Positions 38,301 to 50,515 of a stretch of DNA of 64,000 nt are shown one piece after another. Source of the DNA: Raillietiella orientalis. Taxonomy: Eukaryota. The notes beneath the pieces were generated by a model that had not been told where the DNA came from, ran no database searches, and was given only the letters and a program-made list of their open reading frames with translations. How positions within the stretch are numbered: position 1 is the first letter of the stretch; the number at the start of each line of letters is the position of its first letter. Position numbers and translations under genes: made by a program. The stretch is from assembly GCA_036172245.1 (NCBI GenBank), contig JAYWIR010000013.1, positions 1,488,001 through 1,552,000 of the forward strand. The letters run 5' to 3'.

Positions 38301-41300
38301 CTGGAAAACCTTTAATGATCTCAAGCCGGGCACGCTGCACTACTTAATCCATTATATCGAACACAAAGCCAGCAAAGGAATACGTTAGTAACTGCCTCAG
38401 TTTGTACCTATTCATCATATGAATCCTCCGATTTGTGCTTCAGTTTTCATGTTTCTCGGTACTGATGGGAAGAATATACTCATACCTGCAGAACAATGTC
38501 CTGAAAGTTATTTTCTGATAGAAGATGCACTTGAAACATTGCGATTTAAGTCTTTTGAAATTTCTGTGAATTAACATTCGCAACCGAGCTTATGAGTTTG
38601 CAAGTTACCAGCAAAGCCACACAATACTTGTAGTCTGCTGTTGTTATAACCACAATGATGACTGCCATTCAAGTTTTACTCGAATTTCTGGCAAAACTTG
38701 TAAGGTTTATGAAACTTGTAAGAGTACCATATGAATTCAAATCGAGGAAAAACAAGGGCGCGGTATAAATTCCAGATCCCATGACGTTATTTGACAGTCC
38801 CCATTTCTTGCACCCACGACTGGGGAGCCTCCACACTGTAAGCAATACTTTGGAATCACAGTCAGCGCACGAAAGTTTTTTTCCCGTGTCCAAAGCATCA
38901 CTACGACGACCTTGTCAGCACCAAAAAAGGGCTTTTACCCTGACCTTTCAAGCCGACGCCTCGGAAGAGACTATGTTTTGCTTCGGCTTCCTATCTTTGT
39001 GGAATCGGGTAATGATCATTCGGTTGAATTTCAAGCATAAGTCATGCCCGAAAGGCTTGAGCCTCCATGGCTCTCGCTAGCAGAATTCGTGGCATTCACT
39101 TTGCCTTATTCATTGAGATTCGGTTGAAATACCTGAGGGTATATAATGTACTCATCGTGCACTCCTCTGCTTTCTAAGCAGCGGCTCCCAGTGGTAAACG
39201 AAGAATGCACGTTACTACCACGCGTGCTTTTCACTTTAGTAATCTAAATAATCAGTCCTTTGATACTCCATTGAGCATTATGTATGTGAGTTTGACAAAC
39301 ACTACTTTTTCTTAACAGTGTGTCGGGGTCGTCCGTGTTCGAAGTAACCAGTCAATTATAATTGAAAAATTCCAGCCAGATACTTGAAGGAATCTGTGTC
39401 TTGAACCACTGTGTTTTATTACGATTTGAGATTTTCCGTACGAGCCACATCCATTGGCTTGAGACTAATGAAAACTTTCTGATTCTTTCCGTATCATTAA
39501 AATCACAATTTCACTAAGTTGTGTGGCACTAAATCGTGAGGACAAACTTTTTTTCCCGTAATACACATCAGAAGTTTTCAAAAATATTTTTCATCACAAA
39601 CTGTTTTCCATGAGAAAGCTCTGCAAGACTTGCCGTTCGAATTGTTTCCTTTTAAAAGAACAATGCAAGCCTGCTAAATGGGGAAGAGTTGATGAGAAAT
39701 TTAATTTCCCTTAAACTTGCATGGAGCTAATGGAATTCTCTGGAACTATCTGAATACTGCAATACAAGGGATCTTCCTGCAAATCGAAATTTTACAGCAC
39801 ACACTCGATATGCTGCCAACGCGATGTAAACCCAAATTACTCAAACCAGTTTGCTAATGTTTTTTTGATGTTTCATAAAAGGAATCGTCCAAATACGTCC
39901 TTTTGAATCATATACAATATGTAAGGAATTTTTTTTAATCTAGAATGTTCACAACGCACTCGACGAATGGTTTTGATGAAGTCGTCACTCAGATACGTGA
40001 CTAAACTTGGTTTTGGATGTCCATATCCGGTTTGATATTTCATAGTACACTATGTATGTAAGGTTTTGCCTCGGGATACAAGTTCTCAAATCAGTTCCGT
40101 TTGTTTATTGATTAGTGATGGATAATTTTCTCTTATATTGAAGGGTTCTTCTTCGGAGAGACAGTGTGGATGCCTTGATTCTCCTCGATCATTCGGAGCA
40201 CGTCTCGCACGTTCGCAGTTTGTTCCGTATCTCTATATTATCATCATCATTATTATTATTACTTTCGAAGGATTATTAGAAAGTTTCTTCAGAATTCTTA
40301 TCCCGTCTGCCTTGATTTTTCTTGCTACCTGAGCACTGTTATGGAAAAAGAGGGGGTATAAATATTGAATTTACGAAATGTTTGAAAGAAAAGCAAATAA
40401 AAAGTTGAAATTTTCGAATCTAGGATGAAGGGATGACTAACAACAATAAGGATACATGATTCTAGGAAAGAGGATAATTATGTGAGTCAAAACACTGTTA
40501 GGTTTCAGTATTTTGATGCATTCGATACTTACATGCTCTGAAACCCTCTTTTGAGTTCTTTTTGAGTTCTGTTATGGCACACACAGTAATCTTGCCAGCA
40601 AATTCCTAATTTTTAGCTGTATGGATCACGTTTATCCTCTTTTAATCAGATCTCTCGTTATATCACCAGATTTTTGCTTTTTTCAATTTTTAGAACTTTC
40701 AAATCTACTTGTCTTTTATGGGAATCAGGAAAGATTCAATCTATACAATCGTTTCTATCGTTAGTACACATGACTTCTTTCTCTTCAGGTATTTTTGCAC
40801 TTTTGATAAAATCTATTCACCTGAAACTATTCACTATTCGACCTTGAAACAGGTTTTCCTAAAATGATTTTATCTTGATTCAAATGTCTAAAACCCACCT
40901 TTGAGCGTATCAGACATCTTTATTTTCGATTATATCTTTCATCTTATTCATAGTTCTGCATATGTATCATACTCAATAAAACAAAATTCATTTCTTATCT
41001 TTTTTTGCGAACTTTCTTTTTCAGGATTGAAGACATGACTGGTCATATTGAGCTGGTTTTTTGATCATGCTGTTCCTACTGTTAGGAAAGTAACAACATT
41101 TGAAATTGCTGTTTGTAATATGTCTGAACTTAAGACATTTCTCAAGTAATCACAAAAAGCAGATCCTAGTCGATAATGGAATGCATTTTCATCATTTGAA
41201 ACCAATGAAACGAATTAAGCATCAAGAAAATCGTAATTTTTTGATTGCAATCCAGTCGGAACTTAAGGTTCTTTATAAAAGGGATATTGGGAATTCTTCT

Positions 41301-43289
41301 CTTTTTGGTAGTTAATATGACTCACTGAGTAATTCTAATACATAACCATTCTTCGAGACATTATTATGGTAGCTACTGTCATTTGAGAGACAATGGATAG
41401 CAAAAAGGATGCTGCTACTGTGGTATTTCCAATCACAAGGAATGTATTAATTAGAATTTCAAGAATTTTCGTTAAGCAGTCCATGATCAATGTCGCTTCG
41501 TTGATAAAACGAAAAAATCTGATTAAGCTTTGAGACTGGTATCAAGATCAAAATGTAATATGGAAGAAAAATTAGCAATCACGAATCGGATAATCGTGAT
41601 CACAATTGACAGAGCATCAACTCTAAGCATTTCCCCTCGAGAGAGTGAATCAGTTATCCATTCACCTTTTTTTCAAGTCTTGTTTCGAATATTTATATGT
41701 TCTTTGAATTTCTTGAATACTTTAAAAGTTTGTTTACTGTGCCCTTATTCTTTTAGTAGGCATAATGAGAATCCTGACGTAGAATTCACTTCAAGATGTT
41801 GCCCTAATAATTCGATAGCTTCAAGATAATTTTTCCTTCCCTGTCTCATTTCTTATTCATTGCTCTGTCTTTTCCTCTGTATATCGGCGACGAAAATTCG
41901 ATAAATTTTCTTCCAAAATGAATTTTTTTCGAGTGCTTTGCAAGTCTCCAGTGTGTATATGTTTTCACAAGTTTCAAAAATATCCTTGATTTGGATCTCA
42001 CATTCAAGAAGATTTTAACTTTCCCCCTTAATATAGCTTACCCCCAGTCAGCCAATTCGTATAATAGTATAGTTTAGACTCAGCAGAACTGGATATTATG
42101 AAAAAGTAAACAACAAGGAAATGTAATTGTACGGAATTATGTGGAGACTTTCAAAAAGTTGAAATTTTTATTAATTGAGTATATTATCTATTTAAATTTC
42201 TTTGTAAAGCATAAGAGAATTTGTGTTTGCCTCAATTTAATAAAGTCAGAAGGCTCTTATGAACACCACTGTAGGGAAAATCAATTTAAATCTCAATGCC
42301 GATTGAAAAATTATCGATTTGCAAGGAACTCCATCTATCTGTCCAAAAGGGTTCTAGACGTGATGAACCAAACGGGAAGTATGTTTATTAGTTCTTTTGA
42401 GGAATTATTAATGTCATCTTCATCGTTATCAAGTTTTCAAAATTATTATGAAAAGAATTAGAAGCACATATGGGAATATGGGAACATGAATGGAACTGAG
42501 AACTAGAGTGAACCCATGATTTTAAACTTTTGCCTTGGAGAACACGCGTTTTTATTTCAGTTTCCATTGAGGAAGTAACCTGGATTTGTGTGGACATTTG
42601 GATAGGGAGGAATTTATGTGTATGACAAAAACGAAGATACCTGTAGTTTCTGATGTACACCGTGTGGTTAGGATCTATTACATTCAAGATCATCAAATCT
42701 TAAAATTTCCTTCCACTTTATTTTCTTCCATTTTTCTCTATTTGACTGCGTCTATGCATAAAATACTCCATTTTTGTAAAAGACAGTGCTAATTCAAACA
42801 GTTACTCTAAAAAAGAATAAAAAATCGGAATCATTCTTCCACGTAGGTGAGGACAACACGTGAATCTCAAGAGAGGACTTGGTATTAAGGGATGTAGAAA
42901 GAGATACTTGACCAGAAAATGATAAATGGTTCTAAGACATGTAAAATGCACACTTCTAATTCTTAATTTCCTCTTCAGATTTTATGTTGAAATGAGACTG
43001 TCGTATTCTTCAATGATCCATTCCCTTAGAGAATGTTCAAAGATGCCTTTACTGGAGCAGTTCCCTATGAAATAGTAGATTGGAGCAAACTGTGATGGCT
43101 TGACTTAACTTTCAGTACAATATTAGATTCTATCTCTTCTAGTTTGCATTTATATGCAGTATAATACATCCAATCTCATTAAATTTCAGCTTATTTCGGT
43201 AATTTTTTTCAGATATGCAAATTTGAGGCGGCAACATGAATCGCCTCCCCTATGATCTTACGAGGGGATCTCCGTTGTACCTCTCTAGT

Positions 43290-46200
43290 ATGGCTGATCG
43301 AAAAGCCGAACTAGAGAGAAAAAAGCAGAAGTTGCAAGCATTACGTGAAGAAAAAGAACGTAGGAAAAGGGAGAAAGATTTAAAAGAAGTATGTCTTTTT
43401 GGTTTCAAATATTACCAATTGAACATTGGTAGGGTCAGATACAAGGAAAATGTGTTTGACACTATGCATATGTAAACAGTCAATATAATACTAAATTGGA
43501 CTGTATGAAGGATGTGAGGAGTTAATAGCATATGAATTCTTTACATTTTTATTAGCGATGATACGTTTTTTTCACACATGTGCCGTTATATGTCGAATTT
43601 AAGGTCCTTTTGTAAAGTATCCTGAATTGGTACCAGCAACCCAATTTGCTTCGTTAAATGAGATAAATTCAAGGTCTTGAATACAATGATATGAATACCT
43701 GAATGTGTACATTAATCATATACAACTTTAATTCATATTTTCCTAAAGTTTAGATCTATAAAAATTATTATTTTCGAGATTTAATGATTTCATGTACTGC
43801 ATAAAAAAATTAAATAGCAAAGTTTAATTTTTTTTTAGCCTACACTCTGGTAGTGTAGTGTTTGGTATTTGAGGTATATCAGTATTAGTAAATATTTATT
43901 GGTTATGTTTTCGTAAGCTTGCAAAGCATGAAGTTTTTTCTTTTGATATGTGATTTTTGTGTTATTTTCCATAAATTCTAAAAAACGCCAAGTCACCATT
44001 TTGCAATTATATTTTAGAATGAAGAAAGTTCATCCAAATCATATATTGCATCAACCAAAGACCGAAAGCTAGATGTGGATGAATTGCTTTCTTCCATAGG
44101 AATTTTGCCTTCTTTAGGTAATAAAGTCAATCGAATCAATCTCCTAGTTGTTACACAGTACACAATTGATGAAAATCTGTTTTCAAATGCTTCTATTCTT
44201 CATTTTATATCAATTTTTTTTAAAATTTGGATTAATTCTTTGTGTGCATGTAGAACATCTTTAGTAGTAGAATCAGTGAATCAGTAATCTAGGTATGCTA
44301 CTGCTTTTAGTATTCATTACAATTTGTGCATGTAATGCCGAATTACTGAAACCACCTTCTTATTACATTCTTGAAATTGTGATTAGAACTATGTTTACAT
44401 GCTGCAATTAAACTGTCTTGTTAATCTTTTTGTGCATATAATTTTGACAGTTTATTCTTTGCAAAATTCCAAATAATAGGATAAAGCCTTTCAGATTTTT
44501 TTATAACCTTAACACTTAGATCTGATCAGTCTTTCCAGCACTGTTTTCTGCCAAATATTGGATTCAAGTGTAAGAGTATCCATTGGTTTTCACCTCAATA
44601 TTAATATTCAAAGATATGTAAAACAAAAGCTGAAACATTTCTGAATACAAAAACTCAGAACTGTTTGTCGTTGTAGGATCCAAAATTGCTTCTTGATCCA
44701 TGTTCAGATCCCATTTTAGTAAGAATAATTGAATTAACCATAAACAAGAACAAAATAATAATTCTTGTACTTCACATCCATTATGGAAGTATTTTCACAG
44801 GTTCAAATCTAAACAATATAGGTGAAGTACATTGGAATTAACAAAGTCTATGTAAGCCTATATTTCATTCATTTTGTGATAAAAGAAATGATTTTTCTGG
44901 TTCATCAAGGAAACAGCAAATTAAAAAGCAATGTCCTGGCAATGTTTATGCAAGGTGCTGGTAATCACAATAGTTATAATGAAATAGAACAATGCATTGA
45001 AATTTGCAATGGGAATAACATATTGTAATAAAAATAAAGCTTAATTGGAATTTAACCGTCAACATGTGTAGCTACCCATGTATTGCATATCATCATTATG
45101 ACCATTGTGAAGGCAGTTTCTGAAAAAGGAGCAATATTCTGCTTCCTATGGTAGTTCATTTGAAGTGTTTTTGTATTTCTGTATCTGTTCAGGTAAAGTG
45201 ATAAGGAGTAAAAGAAAATGGATGCAAGTAAAAATATTGTGTATTGTCCAAGCAAATGCATGTAAAATAACCTTTTTTACATAAATTGGATAAAACAATG
45301 CTGAAACTTTAGTAAATTTTTCAATTGGTAGCTATAGACTTATTGAAGGATTGTATACCCACTGTGTTCAGAAAGAATCTAATGAAGTGTATTGGAAATT
45401 TGTCTGCATTTGGAAGTTTTTGGGGAGTTTCCCCCTCCTCCTCCTACCTCCCTGTGCTTTCATTTCAAAAACGCTTGTGTGCAGTTCTTCAAATTTGTAT
45501 TTAGAGTGTAGAGGCATGCTAATATTCTGTTCTTTATGTTGTTTATGCTTGTAAACCGAAAATTCTATTTGACTGATTAGATTTGAAAATTGGTTCATTT
45601 GTCATTGCTTCCCTTCAATGACTTCAGTGGTATTTGTATTGATTATTTGTTTTGCACAAATTAGAAGAAAAATACATACATGAAAATGGTTTTACAATTT
45701 ATTCAGTAAGCAGGGTGGATGTGTTTTTCAAAGTTTAGCAATTTCAATTTTTGGATGCTCATGATATAAAGCATCATCTAAGCATACCTGTTCTTTAAAA
45801 AAGTATTCTTTAAAATTCATGAAGTAAGGATGATGCTGTGAAAAGCTAAGAGTTACCACTGGATTTAGGGTCACATGTTCATGGATTTTTGTTTCCTACT
45901 CCACAAATACCTGACAATTGCTGCATGGCTTGTATGTTCTTTATCAGTTCACTGTAATTGGGTTATTTATTTGCTATGCTGCTTATACAGAGTCCCATCT
46001 TGAAATTCATAAAGTCAAGAGCTTGGAAAAACACACTTGGCAAAAACATTCTTGATTTCCTTATGGATGTAGATTAGTATGCGATTAATTTGCACATAGA
46101 TTCATCATATACTGAAGGTACATGAAAATGAGAAAACAAGCAATGTGAAAAGAGTGCAAGGAATAGGTAATTCATAAAACATTTCCACACATCAGTAAGC

Positions 46201-49200
46201 ATAAGATATTTTGGATAGTCTTTGTGGACTATTTTACTGTCATTGCTCATTGCTCATTATCAGAAAGTAGTTGCATAAATCTATTTTCCAGAACTCTTTT
46301 CTTATCAAAACAAACAAAGGAAACCTGGAAAGCTTCTTTCATAATTTTTCATGCTATGAAACAAAATGACTGTCAAGTAATTTATTGTCATTGCAGATAG
46401 TAATAGTTTAGGAACCTCAAGTGCTTTATCATCAGTTCAGTCTGATTGCCCAAGTATTGAATCAAGTAGCATTCCAGTAACAAGTGCAAAGTAAGTGTTT
46501 GTGACTCAATCACTGTTAAAAATTTATATTAGGAGAAAAACTAATTTGAGTTTAGTTAATGTACATCAGACAAATATACCTGCTAAAGAAGTAATTAGCT
46601 ATCATAAAGCAATCCAAACAGGAACGGTGCATGGAGCTCGAGAAGGTATTAGGATTTTCTTAATATTTAAGTTTCAGCTATTGGCAAAGTGCTTTATGAA
46701 TAGAAAATTGTATTGGACTTCAAACAAGCAAAATGTAACACAATGCATTTGATAAATCACATTACAAAAACACATGAAAAGCTTATGAAAATTTTTGCAA
46801 CGCCAATTTTAAATGAATGAATGCAAACCTATAATTAAAAAACCCTTTAAAGTACTCTGATCATCAAATGGGTTGTTGGGAATATTGACATTGTATAGGG
46901 ATGTCATGACTTTCTGTAGCATAACGAGCATATGTACAATATTAGTTTGTGTCATCATAGGTTCAAAACTAAACGTTTGTGTGTGTTTATGCCAATGGAA
47001 TTCAGCCAGGTCATTCTTTGAAAAAGCAATTTTAAGCTTAAAACTTTTGTTTTCTAACACCTAGGATCTATAACTAACCATATTTAAATCATTTACAGAA
47101 TAACTGTAGTTTGTTTATCTATTTTGTGCTGCTTGTTAGATCTTGGCTATTGGTGGAAATCCAGAAAAGGTAGGTTATTCAGTTTACACCCGTGTTTTGT
47201 TATACTTGCTCCTTGTCTTCAGAAGAAAATGCTCTTGCATTCCCTTATCAGAAGTGTTCCATTCGTAATTTTCTATGACATAGACATAAGTTGTTTAATT
47301 TCACAAATAACATCAAGGAATCCTTGAATGCAATGACAGGGAGGCACAAGCTGCATGTGACTATTGATGTTTGTTAGACTAACTTATGTGCCATAACTAA
47401 ATAAATGCTGTAAATGAGTGCCAAAGCCAAATATGGACCTATACCTTTATGTTGAATTCTATTTCTTATTGCTGAAAGTACTGTGTAAAAAGAGATGTTG
47501 AAGTAAATGAATGTAACTGACTGGATTAATTAATTGAACATTTGATTTGCTTCTTGTGCAAATGCAAATATATGTTGGGCAATCCAAGTGATAGCTGATT
47601 TAGATTGGAGAATTCCTGCATATCTGTACCATACATATATGCAGTTGATTTGAAAGGAAATTGCACTTGAAACTTGAGCTTCAGTCTGAATCAATGTGTT
47701 TTTTATCCCATGGAAGATAATTATTAATTTTGAAATTGTTTTAAAGGGAATCTTTGCAGGGTGCTCAAAATTGCTATTACTCTTTTGTAAATTCATGTTG
47801 TGTGTGGTTTAGTACTGCAATTTGCAAAGCTATTTGTTTTAGTAGCGTGTTTGCGGAAATTGTTAAAAATTCGTCTAACTTTGATTGAAACCCAAAAGTG
47901 CTGCTATCCCAGCTTGTGTATCTATGCTTTTTTTTGTTCTTTGACATGCATTCATGCTACAAGAGTGTGAATTTTATGTGGTGATGTCTCTTTCTTGCTT
48001 ATTGAATTCAAAAACTGACTGGATTCTTTATTGATTTCTTTCATGCATATGCAGATGACATTCATACATGACTGAAAACTTCCTTACATGCATGAATGTT
48101 GGCTACATTAATAAATTAATAGTATGTGATCTATGTTTACACTTGTTAGAATAACAATCTTGACTTCATTTATGCATTATTACATAATAAAGTGAGAATA
48201 GTATATGAGCAGCAGCAAGAGTTATGTATGATTAATGATTCTATTGTTAATGAGCTCATTATATTTATCAGATTGTATCTTCTCATCTGATATCGTCTCT
48301 ATTTTGTAGCTCACGGATTTGACTATTATGGTAAGTACATCATCATATTCCTCTTAACCATTACATTTAACCTTTCATAGTTCTCCAATATCCTTAAGAT
48401 GCCTAATAGATTGCAAATGTTTCCCATTTTGTATTGTCAGTAGCTAGTTTTGTTTGAATGTTGGTACTGGCTATTGGGCTCTGGGTATTGTGAATCATTA
48501 GTTTATGAGTATTATATTCACTGGTACAAATAATTAGCCAAACAGGTTTTTCCATTTTTTTCTCTCTCTCTCTTCTCCATGGCATAGACGAATACCATTC
48601 AGCTGCAGGATTGGAGTGGGATGATGAATTCACAGGTAGGATGACAATGTGAAAGAGTAAAAATTGGTTCCACTTGGAATGCTTGAATGGGTGGAATTAA
48701 AGTAGCTTGTCCTGTGCAATCCTGCAATTTTTTCTGTCCTTATTAACTTCCCAGTCTCTGTTACCTAATGAGAGGATGTGTGCACCATTGCTTGTTTGTC
48801 ACTCATAGTTCTGACATATGATGATCCACAAGTGGAAGATGAAGACAGTTTGCATGCTTTGGACAATCCTCCTGTCTTCCAAACTAAATTGCCACCGGGA
48901 ATTTTACATCCTGGCATGCCTAATGTGGAAATGGTGAAACCTGCTTTAACCATATTGGAAAAAGATGAGCAAAAAAAATCCCAAAGTAAGATAACAAGTT
49001 TTTACAAAATAAAAAACTTCTGAATCAGTTAAGGAGCTTAGTGATGAAGAAAAGCAAACCATTGTAATGACCGAGAGTTTTCAGAAATTCTTTCATCGAT
49101 CCATGCGTATCATGGAGAGAGTAATTTGTGAGGAAAGTGATATTTACATAGATTATAGTGGAGGTTTAGATGCTGATAGTGATACGTAAGTTCCATACTT

Positions 49201-50515
49201 CATTTCCTGTTCATAGAAATGAAGTATTAAACAGAGAAGATCGGAAAGGATGTCATCTGGCTTTAGCCCGTTGCTTTTATGATGATAAGTGGTCTAAGAA
49301 TCGCACAGTCACATGCTTGGACTGGTCTTCACAGTATCCTGAGTTGTTAGTAGCTTCGTATAATAATAATGAAGATGCACCTCATGACCCTGATGGAGTT
49401 GTATTAGTATGGAACACAAAATTTAAGAAAGCAAGCCCAGAATACGTCTTTCATTGTCAGTCAGCTGTTATGTGTGCTACCTTTGCCAGGTATGTGCCAT
49501 TGACAGCTTCCTATCACTCTTCAGTAGATTTCATCCTAACTTAATCTTGGGAGGAACTTACTCTGGCCAAATTGTTCTTTGGGATAACCGTATAAATAGA
49601 CGTACTCCTATACAAAGAAGTCCTCTTTCTGCAGCTGCTCACACTCATCCAGTGTACAGCATGCGTGTTGTGGGAACACAAAATGCGCACAATTTGATTA
49701 CTGTCTCAACAGATGGTAAATTATGTTCCTGGAGTCTGGATATGTTAGCACAGCCACAAGAAACTTTGGAATTACAGCATAAGCAAAGTCGAGCTGTTGC
49801 AGTGACTTGCATGGCTTTTCATAGTGTTGATATGAATAACTTTGTATTGGGAAGTGAAGAAGGCGCAGTTTACACAGCTTGTCGCCACGGAAGTAAAGCA
49901 GGCATTTTGGAACAGTTTGAAGGTCATCAAGGGCCTGTCACAGGCATTGACATCAACTGTGTTTCTGGACCTTTGGATTTTTCTCATCTTTTTCTCACTT
50001 CTTCAATAGATTGGACAGTGAGACTCTGGTCACTCAAAGTATGTTCATCTCATTATTGAAATGAGCAACTAATTCCTAGTAGGAATCTCGTGCACTGCAC
50101 TCATTTGAAAACAATGGAGACTATGTATATGATGTGGCCTGGTCACCAATACATCCTGCCTTATTTGCAGCTGTTGATGGGACTGGCCAACTGGATTTAT
50201 GGCATTTGAATACTGACATAGAAGTGCCTGTTGCTTCTGTAAAAGTTGAAGGAAATGCAGCTTTAAATCAAGTATCGTGGACTCCATCAGGATTGCATAT
50301 CACCACAGGAGATGATTTAGGGCACATCTGGATTTATGAAGTTAGTGAGGTAAGATAAGCATTAAAGCATTCAAATGCATATGGAGCTTTCACATTTGCA
50401 GCAACTGGCTTTACCACATGCTGAAAGCTGGACCCATTTGCATCATACTTTGCAAGAAATGCATAATCAGCAGACTAATGATGAACCTAACTTTGGAAGC
50501 CCATTAATGCGTTGA
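43290..50515 (+). CDS. DYNC1I: Cytoplasmic dynein 1 intermediate chain
   Basis: N-terminal [22 protein letters not shown] coiled coil. Light-chain-binding segment [20 protein letters not shown]40 repeats include [39 protein letters not shown] and [11 protein letters not shown]. Last exon ends ...FGSPLMR* at 50515, with AATAAA at 50518. Confidence 0.97.

Noticed and set aside
49186..49216. Apparent 31-nt ultra-short intron in dynein IC (GTAAGT...CATAG)
   Set aside because: The next in-frame acceptor at 49234 gives a typical 49-nt intron and restores the spacing expected from homologues (DYSG-x13 before the first WD region). The 31-nt form is at most a minor alternative.
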